Source of the DNA: Fibrobacteria bacterium
Lineage (GTDB): Bacteria > Fibrobacterota > Chitinivibrionia > Chitinivibrionales > FEN-1185
Reading direction: 5' to 3'
DNA length: 64,000 nucleotides
Assembly (NCBI GenBank): GCA_037447435.1
Contig: JBBIGR010000010.1
Span: 51,951-115,950, forward strand
Position 1 is the first letter of the stretch; the number at the start of each line of letters is the position of its first letter. This document shows, piece by piece, positions 20,082-30,146 of the stretch. Made by a program: the position numbers and the translations under genes. The notes below the pieces were generated by a model. It saw only the letters and a program-made list of their open reading frames with translations, had not been told where the DNA came from and ran no database searches.

Positions 20082-21098
20082 ATGAAATTTTTAAATTTCA
20101 CGTATAGTATTTTATGCATAGTTTTGCTTTTATCTTCTATTTATTCTGCCAGAGGTGAAATAGCCGTCGATTCCGCAAAAATCCTGCTTGTTAATCAGGA
20201 TTACGAAAAAGCTGAAAATGTGCTGTCAAGAATCATTGCAAAGCATCCGGAAAATATGGAGGCCGTTTATATGTTTTTGGCCGTAGAACAAACACGGGTG
20301 CTTGATTATGAGTCATATACTGTTGAAGCCGATACGTTTTATTCTCGATGCTATTCAACCTTGGCAATTCTCAATAAAGCCCTACCGTCCAGAAATGGTC
20401 GGGAAAACCTTGATTGCAGTTTTTACATCGGAAGTACGTATGGCGGGATGAGTTTAATGCAGGCAAAAGTCGGCAGTTGGCCTTCGGCGGTAAAATCGGG
20501 ATTAAGTTCGCTCAATTATTACAAAAAGGTTATTAAAACCGATCCGTCTTATTTTCCCGCATATCTTGGAATCGGGGTTTTTAATTATTACATAAGTCAA
20601 AATTTAAAATGGCTTCCGTTTTTTGGAGATAAAAAAAATGAGGGATTGGAACAAATCCGGACTGCGACTAAATCGGGATTTCCCTATTCTATTGTTGCGC
20701 GCAATTCCCTGTGTTGGATACTTGCGGAAACCGGTCAATTGGGAAGCGCCGATTCGGTTGCCTCGGTCGTACTAAAAGATTTGCCCGACAATACAATTTT
20801 TATTCGATTAAAAGCAAGAATCGCCTTTTGGAAAAAGGATTGGCCTGCAGCGATATTCTGGTCAAAAAAGCTTGTTTTTCTATCAGAAAAGCGGACGCCG
20901 GTCAATTGGTCGGATTTGTTTTCCGGGTATCAAATTCAAATCGCCTGCTACGATGCTCTATCGAAAAAGAAATTATGCCTTGATATGTGCAAAAAGGTAT
21001 TGTCCAAAAATGTACCCGATCCGTATAATAAAATCCCTTACGTTCGAAAACACCTTAAATTCATCACTGAAATACAGAAGAAATATTCCTGGCAATAG
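20082..21098 (+). CDS. Exported TPR-repeat protein
   Basis: Signal peptide; helical repeats including DPSYFPAYLGIGVFNYY. Confidence 0.7.
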   Translation: MKFLNFTYSILCIVLLLSSIYSARGEIAVDSAKILLVNQDYEKAENVLSRIIAKHPENMEAVYMFLAVEQTRVLDYESYTVEADTFYSRCYSTLAILNKALPSRNGRENLDCSFYIGSTYGGMSLMQAKVGSWPSAVKSGLSSLNYYKKVIKTDPSYFPAYLGIGVFNYYISQNLKWLPFFGDKKNEGLEQIRTATKSGFPYSIVARNSLCWILAETGQLGSADSVASVVLKDLPDNTIFIRLKARIAFWKKDWPAAIFWSKKLVFLSEKRTPVNWSDLFSGYQIQIACYDALSKKKLCLDMCKKVLSKNVPDPYNKIPYVRKHLKFITEIQKKYSWQ

Positions 21099-21119
21099 TA
21101 CATCGAGTATTTTCATTCC

Positions 21120-22763
21120 ATGACCGAAAATAAAAAATATGTAATCGTTACTATTGTTAAAATAATAGCAGCAATGTGGTTTTTTACCGAATCAATACGT
21201 GCCGAATATTGTCCTAACCTCCGAAACGACCCTGTAATCGATCGATTTATGTATCAAATTTCATCGCGGTATACTATCGCGTTACCGGCATCGTTTTTTT
21301 CACAGCCGATGAGCGTTTGCGATGTGCTGTCGTTTATTGATAAAGCAGATTCTCTTTCTGCCGTAGGAAAATTATCCTCCGAAGAAGCCTCGGATGCTCA
21401 ACAAATCAGAAAGAGAATTCAATCGTCTTCCGGAATTGTCCATGTAAAAAATGAAAAGTACAACAGTAACCTTTCAATTCATTGCGCTGTAATCGATACC
21501 GACGAAGTATCTGCCGGAAACGGGAATGCGCAATTCGTTCGCGGACTTTTACGACCATCTTTAAATGCCAATGTCGGCAATGTTTCTTTTAACAGCGAAG
21601 TGGACGTTTGGACCGATTGGCGAAGCGATACCGTATATAAACGGAGTTCTTATCAACCGTACGACGGAGTTCCTTATAATTTATACAATAGAGCCGATTC
21701 CAGCAGTGTGAGGTCGTCGGATCTTTTACGCGGCGGTATCAGCTACGACAGCAAAGTATTTCGACTTGAAGCCGGAATCGATCGGCTTCGGCAAGGCCCG
21801 GCTGTATTTAACCCCTTGACGTTTTCCGGGTTTTCGCCACCCATGACGTATGTAAAGGGGAGGCTTTCATTCGGTTTCATGGATTATGTGCAGGCCGTCG
21901 GTTTGCTGCAAAGCGAGAAAGATAAACCGAAATATTTTTACATGCATCGAGTGACAATGCCTCTTTTTAACTCGAATGTGGTTGCGGGAATAACCGAGGT
22001 AGTCATTAACGGCAGTACTACGAATCAACAACCGGACACCGATAAAGTAAACGCTTTGCGTCCCGCTTATTATGGGGAGACCCGAACATGGGAATTGGCC
22101 TACATGATTCCGTTCGTGCCTTATTCTTTTGCAGAACATTTTTTAGGAGACCGCGATAATAAAGCGCTATCGTTCGATATTACGATTCCGTTTCCCCGGG
22201 ATTTTCGGTTGTATATGGAGTTTTTCCTTGATGATTTTACCACTCCGTGGGGTCTTTTCTCCCCCGATTGGGGAAATAAATGGGCCATCACTCTTGGAGG
22301 ACAATATTTCACCCGGGTTTTTTCAAAGGACTTGGTAACATCGTTGGAATATTGCCGCGTTGAGCCATGGGTATACACGCATTTTTATGGCGGAAGCCAT
22401 CGTTACGACAATTTCAATCAACCGCTTGGTGCGCCGATAGGGCCAAATGCCGATATGATGACTATAACGATGGAAACGCCGATTTGGGCAAACCACTGGA
22501 TCGGTTGTGCGTTTACAAACAATAGAAGCAATCCGTCGTATCGTGGAGGAAAGATAACCGATGTTTTTCAAGACCCGACGTCTTTAAACCCTCCGGATTC
22601 ACCAAAAAAGGTATTTCTGGCAAGTAACGGTCTCGAAATTGACACCCGGTTAGGTGTGCTTTGGAGTTATAATCCATACGGGATTTTTCGCGTCGCAGGA
22701 AAATATGAATATGATTTTACCGGAAAATCTTTATGGTCTTTAAACGGCGGGTTGTTTTTTTAG
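21120..22763 (+). CDS. Capsule assembly Wzi-like outer-membrane protein
   Basis: Signal peptide; HRV, GITEVV, GDRDNK, YMEFFLDD, EYCRVEPWVYTH, PLGAPIGPNAD; terminal Phe. Confidence 0.7.
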   Translation: MTENKKYVIVTIVKIIAAMWFFTESIRAEYCPNLRNDPVIDRFMYQISSRYTIALPASFFSQPMSVCDVLSFIDKADSLSAVGKLSSEEASDAQQIRKRIQSSSGIVHVKNEKYNSNLSIHCAVIDTDEVSAGNGNAQFVRGLLRPSLNANVGNVSFNSEVDVWTDWRSDTVYKRSSYQPYDGVPYNLYNRADSSSVRSSDLLRGGISYDSKVFRLEAGIDRLRQGPAVFNPLTFSGFSPPMTYVKGRLSFGFMDYVQAVGLLQSEKDKPKYFYMHRVTMPLFNSNVVAGITEVVINGSTTNQQPDTDKVNALRPAYYGETRTWELAYMIPFVPYSFAEHFLGDRDNKALSFDITIPFPRDFRLYMEFFLDDFTTPWGLFSPDWGNKWAITLGGQYFTRVFSKDLVTSLEYCRVEPWVYTHFYGGSHRYDNFNQPLGAPIGPNADMMTITMETPIWANHWIGCAFTNNRSNPSYRGGKITDVFQDPTSLNPPDSPKKVFLASNGLEIDTRLGVLWSYNPYGIFRVAGKYEYDFTGKSLWSLNGGLFF

Positions 22764-23171
22764 CTACTTATAAGCCGATAGCTTAAGAGAGTCCATGACC
22801 GACGCGTTTTTAGGATTTCCTACGTTCTTTAAAATCCATAGGTATTCGGCATAGCCGCCGTTTAGGCCGATGCGAACGCAAATAAGGTCTTGTGCTTTAA
22901 TAAAATTTTCCTGTAACCTGGCTTGTTGCGCGGCATCGGTCGTGGAAAAGGAATCCTGATAAAGGATGCTTAAAGAATCCAGAAACGGGTTTACTCGAAG
23001 CCAGTTTTTTAATTCGGAAATGGAAACGACGGAATCCGTTCGAGGAATAAAATCCGTTTTTTTTATTCCTGCCCGATCCGTATCATTTTTAATTAAAGGT
23101 TTTTCTTTCTGACAACTTCCCATTAAAAACAATAAAGCGATTGATACCGAGAAAAAAACTCTGTGTTTCAA
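22764..23171 (-). CDS. Hypothetical lipoprotein
   Basis: SD AAGGAG before TTG; lipobox-like LMGSC. Confidence 0.65.
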   Translation of the reverse strand: MKHRVFFSVSIALLFLMGSCQKEKPLIKNDTDRAGIKKTDFIPRTDSVVSISELKNWLRVNPFLDSLSILYQDSFSTTDAAQQARLQENFIKAQDLICVRIGLNGGYAEYLWILKNVGNPKNASVMDSLKLSAYK

Positions 23172-23308
23172 CTGAGGCTCCTTTAAGGAAATAAATATCT
23201 TTTTTAAATTTACGTTTTCTATGGCTCATAGTCAATCCTAAATCGATAATACAGACATCAATACGAACATCGGTTTTTAGAATAACGCTGAATACGGTTG
23301 AAATAAAG

Positions 23309-24106
23309 GTGAAAAATAAAATCATGGGTCCCAAAAAACATCTTGGCCAGCATTTCTTAACCGCTGTTTCTTATGCACAAAAAATTGCAGACAATGTTCC
23401 TGCAGCTTCCCATGAAAATATTTTAGAAATTGGCCCGGGGAGAGGGGCTTTATCAGTGCATCTTGTTAAGCGGTTTCCCCTTTTCCATTGTGTTGAAATC
23501 GATGATGACGTTGTTGCTTTGTTGGAGGAAAAACTTGGAAAAGGCGATTGGTCATTGCATCGCAGCAATGTTTTGGAATTTGACTTTCGAAAGGCCGGAT
23601 TTCCTCTTCATTGCGTCGGTAACCTGCCGTATTCGATCGGCGCCCATATTATAAAGAAAACTTTGCTTTATGGAAATAATATCCTTTCTTGCACCTTTAT
23701 GGTACAACGAGAGGTAGCCGAAAGGATTGTGGCAGCTCCTCATACCAAACAGAACGGCTTTTTGTCAATATTCTGTCAATTTTTTGGGCGGCCCACGATT
23801 TTGTTCCACGTTCCTGCGGGCGCGTTTTTTCCAAAACCGAATGTCGAATCTTCGGTATTTCAAATTAAAATCGATCCGGACCTTGTTCGAAAACTCGCCT
23901 ATGAACAATGGGAAAAATTTTTTGCCTTTGTCGATGCCGGCTTTAAAATGCGAAGAAAAATGCTTGTAAATGTGCTTGGGCGTGACGGAGGAAAACAACG
24001 GATAGTATCATTACTTGATGCATGCGGGATAGATGCGATGGTCAGGCCTGAGGACCTTGGTATCGATCAATGGTTGATTCTGTACAAAAAATCATGCGAG
24101 CAATGA
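23309..24106 (+). CDS. rsmA: 16S rRNA m6,2A dimethyltransferase
   Basis: KKHLGQHFL, LEIGPGRG, GNLPYSI, MVQREVAERI, FFPKPNVES, RRKML. Confidence 0.97.
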   Translation: MKNKIMGPKKHLGQHFLTAVSYAQKIADNVPAASHENILEIGPGRGALSVHLVKRFPLFHCVEIDDDVVALLEEKLGKGDWSLHRSNVLEFDFRKAGFPLHCVGNLPYSIGAHIIKKTLLYGNNILSCTFMVQREVAERIVAAPHTKQNGFLSIFCQFFGRPTILFHVPAGAFFPKPNVESSVFQIKIDPDLVRKLAYEQWEKFFAFVDAGFKMRRKMLVNVLGRDGGKQRIVSLLDACGIDAMVRPEDLGIDQWLILYKKSCEQ

Positions 24107-26106
24107 AATTAAATTTCCTTTCTTTCTGGTGTATTCTTTTCGGCATCTTGGCCGATATACCTGCCCAGGGCATTGGCTGGAATACGGGACTTGTCCTGCC
24201 GCAAAGCGCAATAATTCAAGACTCAAATTCAATGAGTTTCGGTACACAACAAGGGCTCTATATTAAAAAATTCACGTCTAAAGATTCCCTTCAAATAAAT
24301 AAAAACACAGATGAGTACGGCCTTAAGCAGTCCGTCGACTATAATTTGACTAATGACTATTGGCTTTCTTCCCAGGAACACATGCTCGATTTATCCGGTG
24401 AGATTGTAAAAAAAAGGTTGCCGCTGGGCATAACCTGCGGGATGGAATGGAGCCCGGTACTTTTGTACAATACCCACTCGACGGTAAAAGGCATTTTGGG
24501 TTCATTCGAACTCGGACCGGTCATGCGCGTCGAACCATATAAAGTCCCTGTTGCCGTTCATATCGGCGGTGCGATACGGGGATGGAACGACTCCCTTTAT
24601 AATACCCTTTCGCAGCTTTCATCGAACGATTTACAAAAAGACAGAGGAATATATGCTGCCATGGAAATAGGGCGCCCGGACGCACGGCTATTCGGTTTGC
24701 CTCTTTTCGCAAGCATGACGGGATACGGTCGTTCCATGTCCACTTCAAAGTTGATTGCTGCGACAGGGAGCCTATTGGCATATCATGCCCTTGATAATGG
24801 TGACAGTTTGTTCGGAAATTATTCGGATTCATTGCTCAACGGGCGAAACGCCTTCTTAGGTCAATCCGGGGCCAAACCCCATTTTATAGAGGATCCTTCG
24901 AAAATCGAACGTTCGTATCAACTTTCCGCGGGTTATAAGGGTAATGCGAAATTGTTTTTGGAACCATCGTTGCTATTTTCATATTCCGAACACACCTTGA
25001 GTTACCCTTTTGAAGCGACACTATTATCAGATAGAAAAAATACGGATTTTTCATTGGTCGGACTGTTGTCTGCGGTTTCATCGTTTCCGATTTCTTACAA
25101 TGCCGGTATCAGGATAGACTGGGAAAATGAAGATAAATTGTATGGAAAGACTTTGTCGACAATTGCCAATTCCGAAAATGAAGACAGTCTGAAAATTAAC
25201 CTTGAAGATTATGCCGCATATCGTGTTACCATGACGCACGATATATCGAAGTTCTTGGCAAATGGTATTGGTTTGGAATATACTTTCAACATTTCCCGCT
25301 TTACGAGAAATTACCCGAATTATTATACGAAAAATGCCGATACGTTAAGAAATAACAATGATAATGATTTGATAGTGAATAAGCAAAAATTGACCATCGT
25401 GCCGATTCCTTCCTCATGGGGAACGACTTCGTTATATTACGAATTCTCAAAAAATTTGTCAAATTATATTCGAAAGGAAAAAAGCGGCCAAAACACAATC
25501 GACTGGTTATACCGGTTGGGTGCGACGTATAAGAATACCGTATTCTCGTGTTGTACATTATCCGAGGCGGTCAGTTCCGACGCCAAAGTGACACGATATG
25601 CATTCCCGACAATAAACAGGGGAAATCCGCCGCCGTATTCGAGGAAGCTCAATTCGTTAACCGTGATAGATCTTTCGGTAACCAAAAAAGCCGCTCTTTG
25701 TGCGGAAATCAACGAAACGTATTCCGACGACGGGACCTTAAATTCACGGGAATATCTTGATACAATCAAATTGGCAGATCCCCAGTTCATGAAAACATAT
25801 CAGGATTACTATGCAATTAATGAAAAGCTGATGATGCATGCAATAAAATTTTCAGTTATCCTTAACCCTGTCGGTTCATGGTTTACCGCTCTTGGATGCG
25901 GCTATCTCTTGAACAATACAAAAACATATGATATTTTGACGGATAATTATGAGATTTCTCCATCTGCGGGAAGTCGCGTATCGCCGTTTTTTAAATTATC
26001 CAAGGAACCGGGTAAAGGGATCGGCGGTAATGCGGAAATAACCTATAATTTCGACACTCATGAAAGCTTTTGGGACATAATTATTTCTTTATGCGGAGAA
26101 TTCTGA
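24103..26106 (+). CDS. Hypothetical outer-membrane beta-barrel protein
   Basis: ATGA overlap with the rsmA stop; signal peptide; alternating aromatic strands; ends in Phe (LCGEF). Confidence 0.6.
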   Translation: MKLNFLSFWCILFGILADIPAQGIGWNTGLVLPQSAIIQDSNSMSFGTQQGLYIKKFTSKDSLQINKNTDEYGLKQSVDYNLTNDYWLSSQEHMLDLSGEIVKKRLPLGITCGMEWSPVLLYNTHSTVKGILGSFELGPVMRVEPYKVPVAVHIGGAIRGWNDSLYNTLSQLSSNDLQKDRGIYAAMEIGRPDARLFGLPLFASMTGYGRSMSTSKLIAATGSLLAYHALDNGDSLFGNYSDSLLNGRNAFLGQSGAKPHFIEDPSKIERSYQLSAGYKGNAKLFLEPSLLFSYSEHTLSYPFEATLLSDRKNTDFSLVGLLSAVSSFPISYNAGIRIDWENEDKLYGKTLSTIANSENEDSLKINLEDYAAYRVTMTHDISKFLANGIGLEYTFNISRFTRNYPNYYTKNADTLRNNNDNDLIVNKQKLTIVPIPSSWGTTSLYYEFSKNLSNYIRKEKSGQNTIDWLYRLGATYKNTVFSCCTLSEAVSSDAKVTRYAFPTINRGNPPPYSRKLNSLTVIDLSVTKKAALCAEINETYSDDGTLNSREYLDTIKLADPQFMKTYQDYYAINEKLMMHAIKFSVILNPVGSWFTALGCGYLLNNTKTYDILTDNYEISPSAGSRVSPFFKLSKEPGKGIGGNAEITYNFDTHESFWDIIISLCGEF

Positions 26107-26108
26107 TT

Positions 26109-26636
26109 ATGGTATTGAGGCGCATTTTATCGTTAGTATGCATCGGTTTTTTAGGTAATCTAATTTCCTGCGGTATTTTTTCACCCCGCCCTGTCGAATA
26201 CCCGATTTCTACGGTTACCGAAGATCCATTTAATTTTGCCTCGATTTTATGGAATACCGGGAAGAAATTTACAAAGCTTGAATACACAGACCTTTTTGAT
26301 CCCAGTGTCGAATATATCGATATCAACGGAAGAATCTTTTACAAAAATGAAATCGTCAACCATTTAAACACCATTCAACGCCGACTAACCGTTCAGTCGA
26401 TTGTGTGGACAAAAGATACTGCGAATCCCGATCTCGTCATTTCGGACACGACCTATACTGCAAACAGAACCTATTCGGTTGTTGTCGTGGATACATTGCA
26501 AAAAGCCATCAGTTTTTCGGACAAGGCATCATTTAAACTGTCGTTTAACTCTACAATAAATGCCTGGACGGTAACCGAATGGACCGATAAATTTCCGGGA
26601 TATTCCGTTTTTCATCCTTTATTTACACCCCAATAG
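26109..26636 (+). CDS. Hypothetical lipoprotein (NTF2/SnoaL-like?)
   Basis: Lipobox-like LISC; YTDLFDP; C-terminal WTVTEWTD. Confidence 0.6.
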   Translation: MVLRRILSLVCIGFLGNLISCGIFSPRPVEYPISTVTEDPFNFASILWNTGKKFTKLEYTDLFDPSVEYIDINGRIFYKNEIVNHLNTIQRRLTVQSIVWTKDTANPDLVISDTTYTANRTYSVVVVDTLQKAISFSDKASFKLSFNSTINAWTVTEWTDKFPGYSVFHPLFTPQ

Positions 26637-26644
26637 GGTATCGG

Positions 26645-27304
26645 ATGATGCATATGAAAAAAGTATGTACGTTGTTTGCGTTGACATTTTTGTTTTTTAT
26701 TTTATCATGCAACAATCCTTTTTTGCCCCAAACCGGGGAACCGTTAAAATCTAATGAAGGGCGTCAAACGCCCGAAGGCGTTATCGGGCAACTTTTTCAT
26801 TCCTATGAAACCCGCCAGATAAATCTATTTACCGATCTTTTTTCCCCTTCAAAAGATTTCAGGTTTTATATATCAAAATCCTTTGAGCCCTATTATTTAG
26901 CATCTCATGGCGGCGGCAATCTGGAATATATCGACAGCAGTTTTGCCTATGCGTATAAACGGGTGACGGATAATAATGCATATTATTGGACCTATAACGA
27001 CGAAATGCAAATACATAATCATCTTTTTTCGATGGCGGTTGATATCCGTATCCTTCAAATGCCGCAACAGATCGATTCGGGAAGCGTACGGTATTTTAAA
27101 GGTCCTACCGGCATCGATTACGCCGAAGTCGTGGTTCTTGACGGCAGAATGCAAATAACTGCGCAAACCCCTAGTGACCAGGTTGTCGGAGACTATGTTG
27201 TAGACATGGGGGTGCAGGTATTTTATTTGGAAAGAGACCCGCAAAATACGAATTTATGGGTCATTGCAAAATGGTTCGATTTGGGCACGGCGTCTTCCAC
27301 ATAA
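26645..27304 (+). CDS. Hypothetical lipoprotein (NTF2/SnoaL-like?)
   Basis: Lipobox-like ILSC; TPEGVI; FTDLFSP; C-terminal WVIAKWFD. Confidence 0.6.
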   Translation: MMHMKKVCTLFALTFLFFILSCNNPFLPQTGEPLKSNEGRQTPEGVIGQLFHSYETRQINLFTDLFSPSKDFRFYISKSFEPYYLASHGGGNLEYIDSSFAYAYKRVTDNNAYYWTYNDEMQIHNHLFSMAVDIRILQMPQQIDSGSVRYFKGPTGIDYAEVVVLDGRMQITAQTPSDQVVGDYVVDMGVQVFYLERDPQNTNLWVIAKWFDLGTASST

Positions 27305-27341
27305 ACGCATCCGCAATTGTCCGGAAAGCAATACTCAGAGT

Positions 27342-28913
27342 TTATTCATCCGTACAGCGCCCCGGTTTGAATTGGGACAAAAACGAAATAAGCGCGGAGA
27401 ACATCGGTTTTAATTTATTCGGCAACACTTTTTCAACGCTGTGCATTAAAACAAAATCTTCTTTTTCGAATGTGCCTAAAACCAATGCGCACACCAGATA
27501 TACGAATGCTCCCGAAAGGCATGCTACGATAAATCCCCACACTTCTGGAAAATGCAGAATAACAAGTTCCATGACAATTCCCATTATTATCGTTGAAAAA
27601 AGGATTTTGAACAATGATGCGAACGGATAAGGCAATTTCATTGTCCTGCACGTATAAAACAACCCGCCCACAGACGCGAAAATTGTCGTTATGCTGTAGG
27701 CAATCGCCGCACCCAGAGCACCGTGATGTTTGATGAGCAATATATCGAGCCCGATGTTGAGGATTGCCAGTACAATACCGTATTTGTAAATGAATGCCTG
27801 TTTTTCATACCCATACAATACTGCGGATGCCGGGTTTGCCAAACTTGAAATGATTGAGGCGACAAAGATTATTTGCAAAACCCTCTGAGCCCCGAGAAAT
27901 TCATGACCGTAAAGGTATAAAATTATTTGGTAGGCGAGAATGGTACCCGCAATACCCATCGGAAATGCCGCGAAGGCGAGATAACGGGTCGAAAGGAAAA
28001 ACAATCGTTTCATTTTGTCCCTGTCGCCGGAGCCGAAATAATGCGACATTGCTGGGAATAATATCCGCCAAAACGAAAACGGCAGGAAGGAAACGAGCTT
28101 TTGGGCGATATTATACCCAAGATTGTAAAACCCTATTTGTTCTGAAACGCAAAGCCTTCCCAGAAAGAAATTCTCACTTTTATCCCAAACGATTTTATCG
28201 CAAACCAAAATTGCCATAACGCTTGTATTGTATTTGAATATCCTCTTCATAATGCCTTTATCGAGTTTCCTGTTTAAGTTTCGAAGGGACAGTACCCCTT
28301 CTTTTGCAAGGACAAACCAGTAAAACCCGACATTGGCAAAAGAAAAAATCAGCATCACGATCAGCAACCCGATGATTCCTTTTCCCATCCATAATACGAT
28401 TACTTTCGAAATAAACGAAAGGGGCGTCAGTATCAGGTTTGCATAAGTAAAGTATTCGAATTTTTGAATGCCGTCGATGGTCGACGAAAAAACGGCGGTG
28501 ATCATTCCCGGCAAAATTCCGAGGAACGCGATAAGGAAAAAAATTGATTGCTTCGGCGTAAAGAAGTAATGCGAAATGTCGGTGCAAAAGAATATGAGAA
28601 TGCCGGTGGTTACCAGCGAAAGAACTATTTCGATTTTCAACACGAACAGTATGATCGGGGTCAATGCGTCAAGATCGTCACGGCCCTTGAATTCGGCAAT
28701 GAATTTAGTGACTGCATGAGTAAGCCCCATTGCGATAAAAAAAGTAAAAGAATCGGTGAGCCATAAGACAAGATTGAAAATGCCGTAATTGGATGGTCCG
28801 AGTTGCCGAGCTACCCAGATGGAGATGACCCACCCGGTGATAAACATGAATAACGTGTTGAATAAATTCAAAACGGAGTTTTTTATAAGCCGTGATGTGT
28901 TCAGGGTTGCCAT
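27342..28913 (-). CDS. Wzx-type oligosaccharide flippase
   Basis: IKNSVLN, ARQLGPSNYGIF, IGFYNLG, many TM segments; adjacent to glycosyltransferases. Confidence 0.88.
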   Translation of the reverse strand: MATLNTSRLIKNSVLNLFNTLFMFITGWVISIWVARQLGPSNYGIFNLVLWLTDSFTFFIAMGLTHAVTKFIAEFKGRDDLDALTPIILFVLKIEIVLSLVTTGILIFFCTDISHYFFTPKQSIFFLIAFLGILPGMITAVFSSTIDGIQKFEYFTYANLILTPLSFISKVIVLWMGKGIIGLLIVMLIFSFANVGFYWFVLAKEGVLSLRNLNRKLDKGIMKRIFKYNTSVMAILVCDKIVWDKSENFFLGRLCVSEQIGFYNLGYNIAQKLVSFLPFSFWRILFPAMSHYFGSGDRDKMKRLFFLSTRYLAFAAFPMGIAGTILAYQIILYLYGHEFLGAQRVLQIIFVASIISSLANPASAVLYGYEKQAFIYKYGIVLAILNIGLDILLIKHHGALGAAIAYSITTIFASVGGLFYTCRTMKLPYPFASLFKILFSTIIMGIVMELVILHFPEVWGFIVACLSGAFVYLVCALVLGTFEKEDFVLMHSVEKVLPNKLKPMFSALISFLSQFKPGRCTDE

Positions 28914-28922
28914 ATAATAATA

Positions 28923-30146
28923 TTATGCGTTAAGATCCTTGTTCGTTTGAGAGTTATACCAATCCGAGGCCAGCTTACAAACTATCGCCTGGTCATATTT
29001 GATTTTAATCGTTTCCCTCGCGGCATGGCGCAGTTTATCCCGCAGAGAAGGATTTTTTAAAATCCGGTAAAGTGCTTGAGCCAAGTCATCGCTGTTTTGG
29101 GATTCAAAAAGGATGCCGTCATGTTCATGTGTGATCATTTCAGGGAATCCGCCGCATCGGGATGCCACTGCCACGCATCCGCAGGCCATGGCCTCCAAGC
29201 AGCTGTATGCCAAATTTTCCCATAAAGACGGAAAAATAGCCACCTCGGATTGTAATAAAAATGTTTTAATGGATTGGTGATCGGTTCCGCGTATCCATTC
29301 GATATTCTTTGATAAATCGAATTTTTCAATTAAATCCTGAATATAGATCGCATAATCCTTATCGCCTATGGAGCCGAACGGTCTGCCGATTAATCGCAAT
29401 TTGGGCGGTTTTTCGGAGGCATTCAATTTGGCATATGCTTCAATGAGAACATGAATACCTTTGCGATATTCGATTCTACCCGTATAAATCCAATCGGAAC
29501 CGTTGGTTAACTCATACTCATCGGTACAAATTGGATTGGGAAAGACCTCGATATGTTTAACACGCCATTGTTCCTTTACAAATTCAGCAAGTGCCCGGGT
29601 GGGGCAGGAAACGCCCCGACAGAATCCGACGGATTGTTTCTCCATAAAAGACAACAGTCGATTTTCGACCGGATTTTCTTCCGTTTTGTTAAGCGATGAA
29701 ACGAGTTCCCACGGCGTATGCAAGCGGGCTAGGAAAATCGTTTTGCGTGTTTTTTTTAATTTCCTGAAATAAAATCCTTCCGCCCCGCATTCCGGGAATT
29801 CAACGATATCGAATTCGCCGATGTCTTTTTGCAGCGACAAATATGTAAAGAATACTTGCCTCGACCAAGCAAGTCGAACCAGGCTATGAGGCAACAAGCG
29901 CCGGCATATTTTACGAAACAAGAAAAAAAACTTATGTGAAGGCAAAGGATATTCGCCCGAAGAAATACGATGGATTTGAACCGGTCCGTCTAATTGCAAT
30001 CGAGGAATATTATCTATACTGCGGGCAACGACATGGACTTCATTGCCCAGTAAGGCCATTCCCCTGGCCATGGATCGGCAATAGGTACCGATGCCGCCAA
30101 AACCGGTCTCGGGAGGGTATTCATTTGATATGTAAAGAATTCGCAT
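28923..30146 (-). CDS. Glycosyltransferase family 4
   Basis: EYPPETGFGGIGTY, GRIEYRKG, FPSLWENLAYSCLEAMACG. Confidence 0.92.
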   Translation of the reverse strand: MRILYISNEYPPETGFGGIGTYCRSMARGMALLGNEVHVVARSIDNIPRLQLDGPVQIHRISSGEYPLPSHKFFFLFRKICRRLLPHSLVRLAWSRQVFFTYLSLQKDIGEFDIVEFPECGAEGFYFRKLKKTRKTIFLARLHTPWELVSSLNKTEENPVENRLLSFMEKQSVGFCRGVSCPTRALAEFVKEQWRVKHIEVFPNPICTDEYELTNGSDWIYTGRIEYRKGIHVLIEAYAKLNASEKPPKLRLIGRPFGSIGDKDYAIYIQDLIEKFDLSKNIEWIRGTDHQSIKTFLLQSEVAIFPSLWENLAYSCLEAMACGCVAVASRCGGFPEMITHEHDGILFESQNSDDLAQALYRILKNPSLRDKLRHAARETIKIKYDQAIVCKLASDWYNSQTNKDLNA

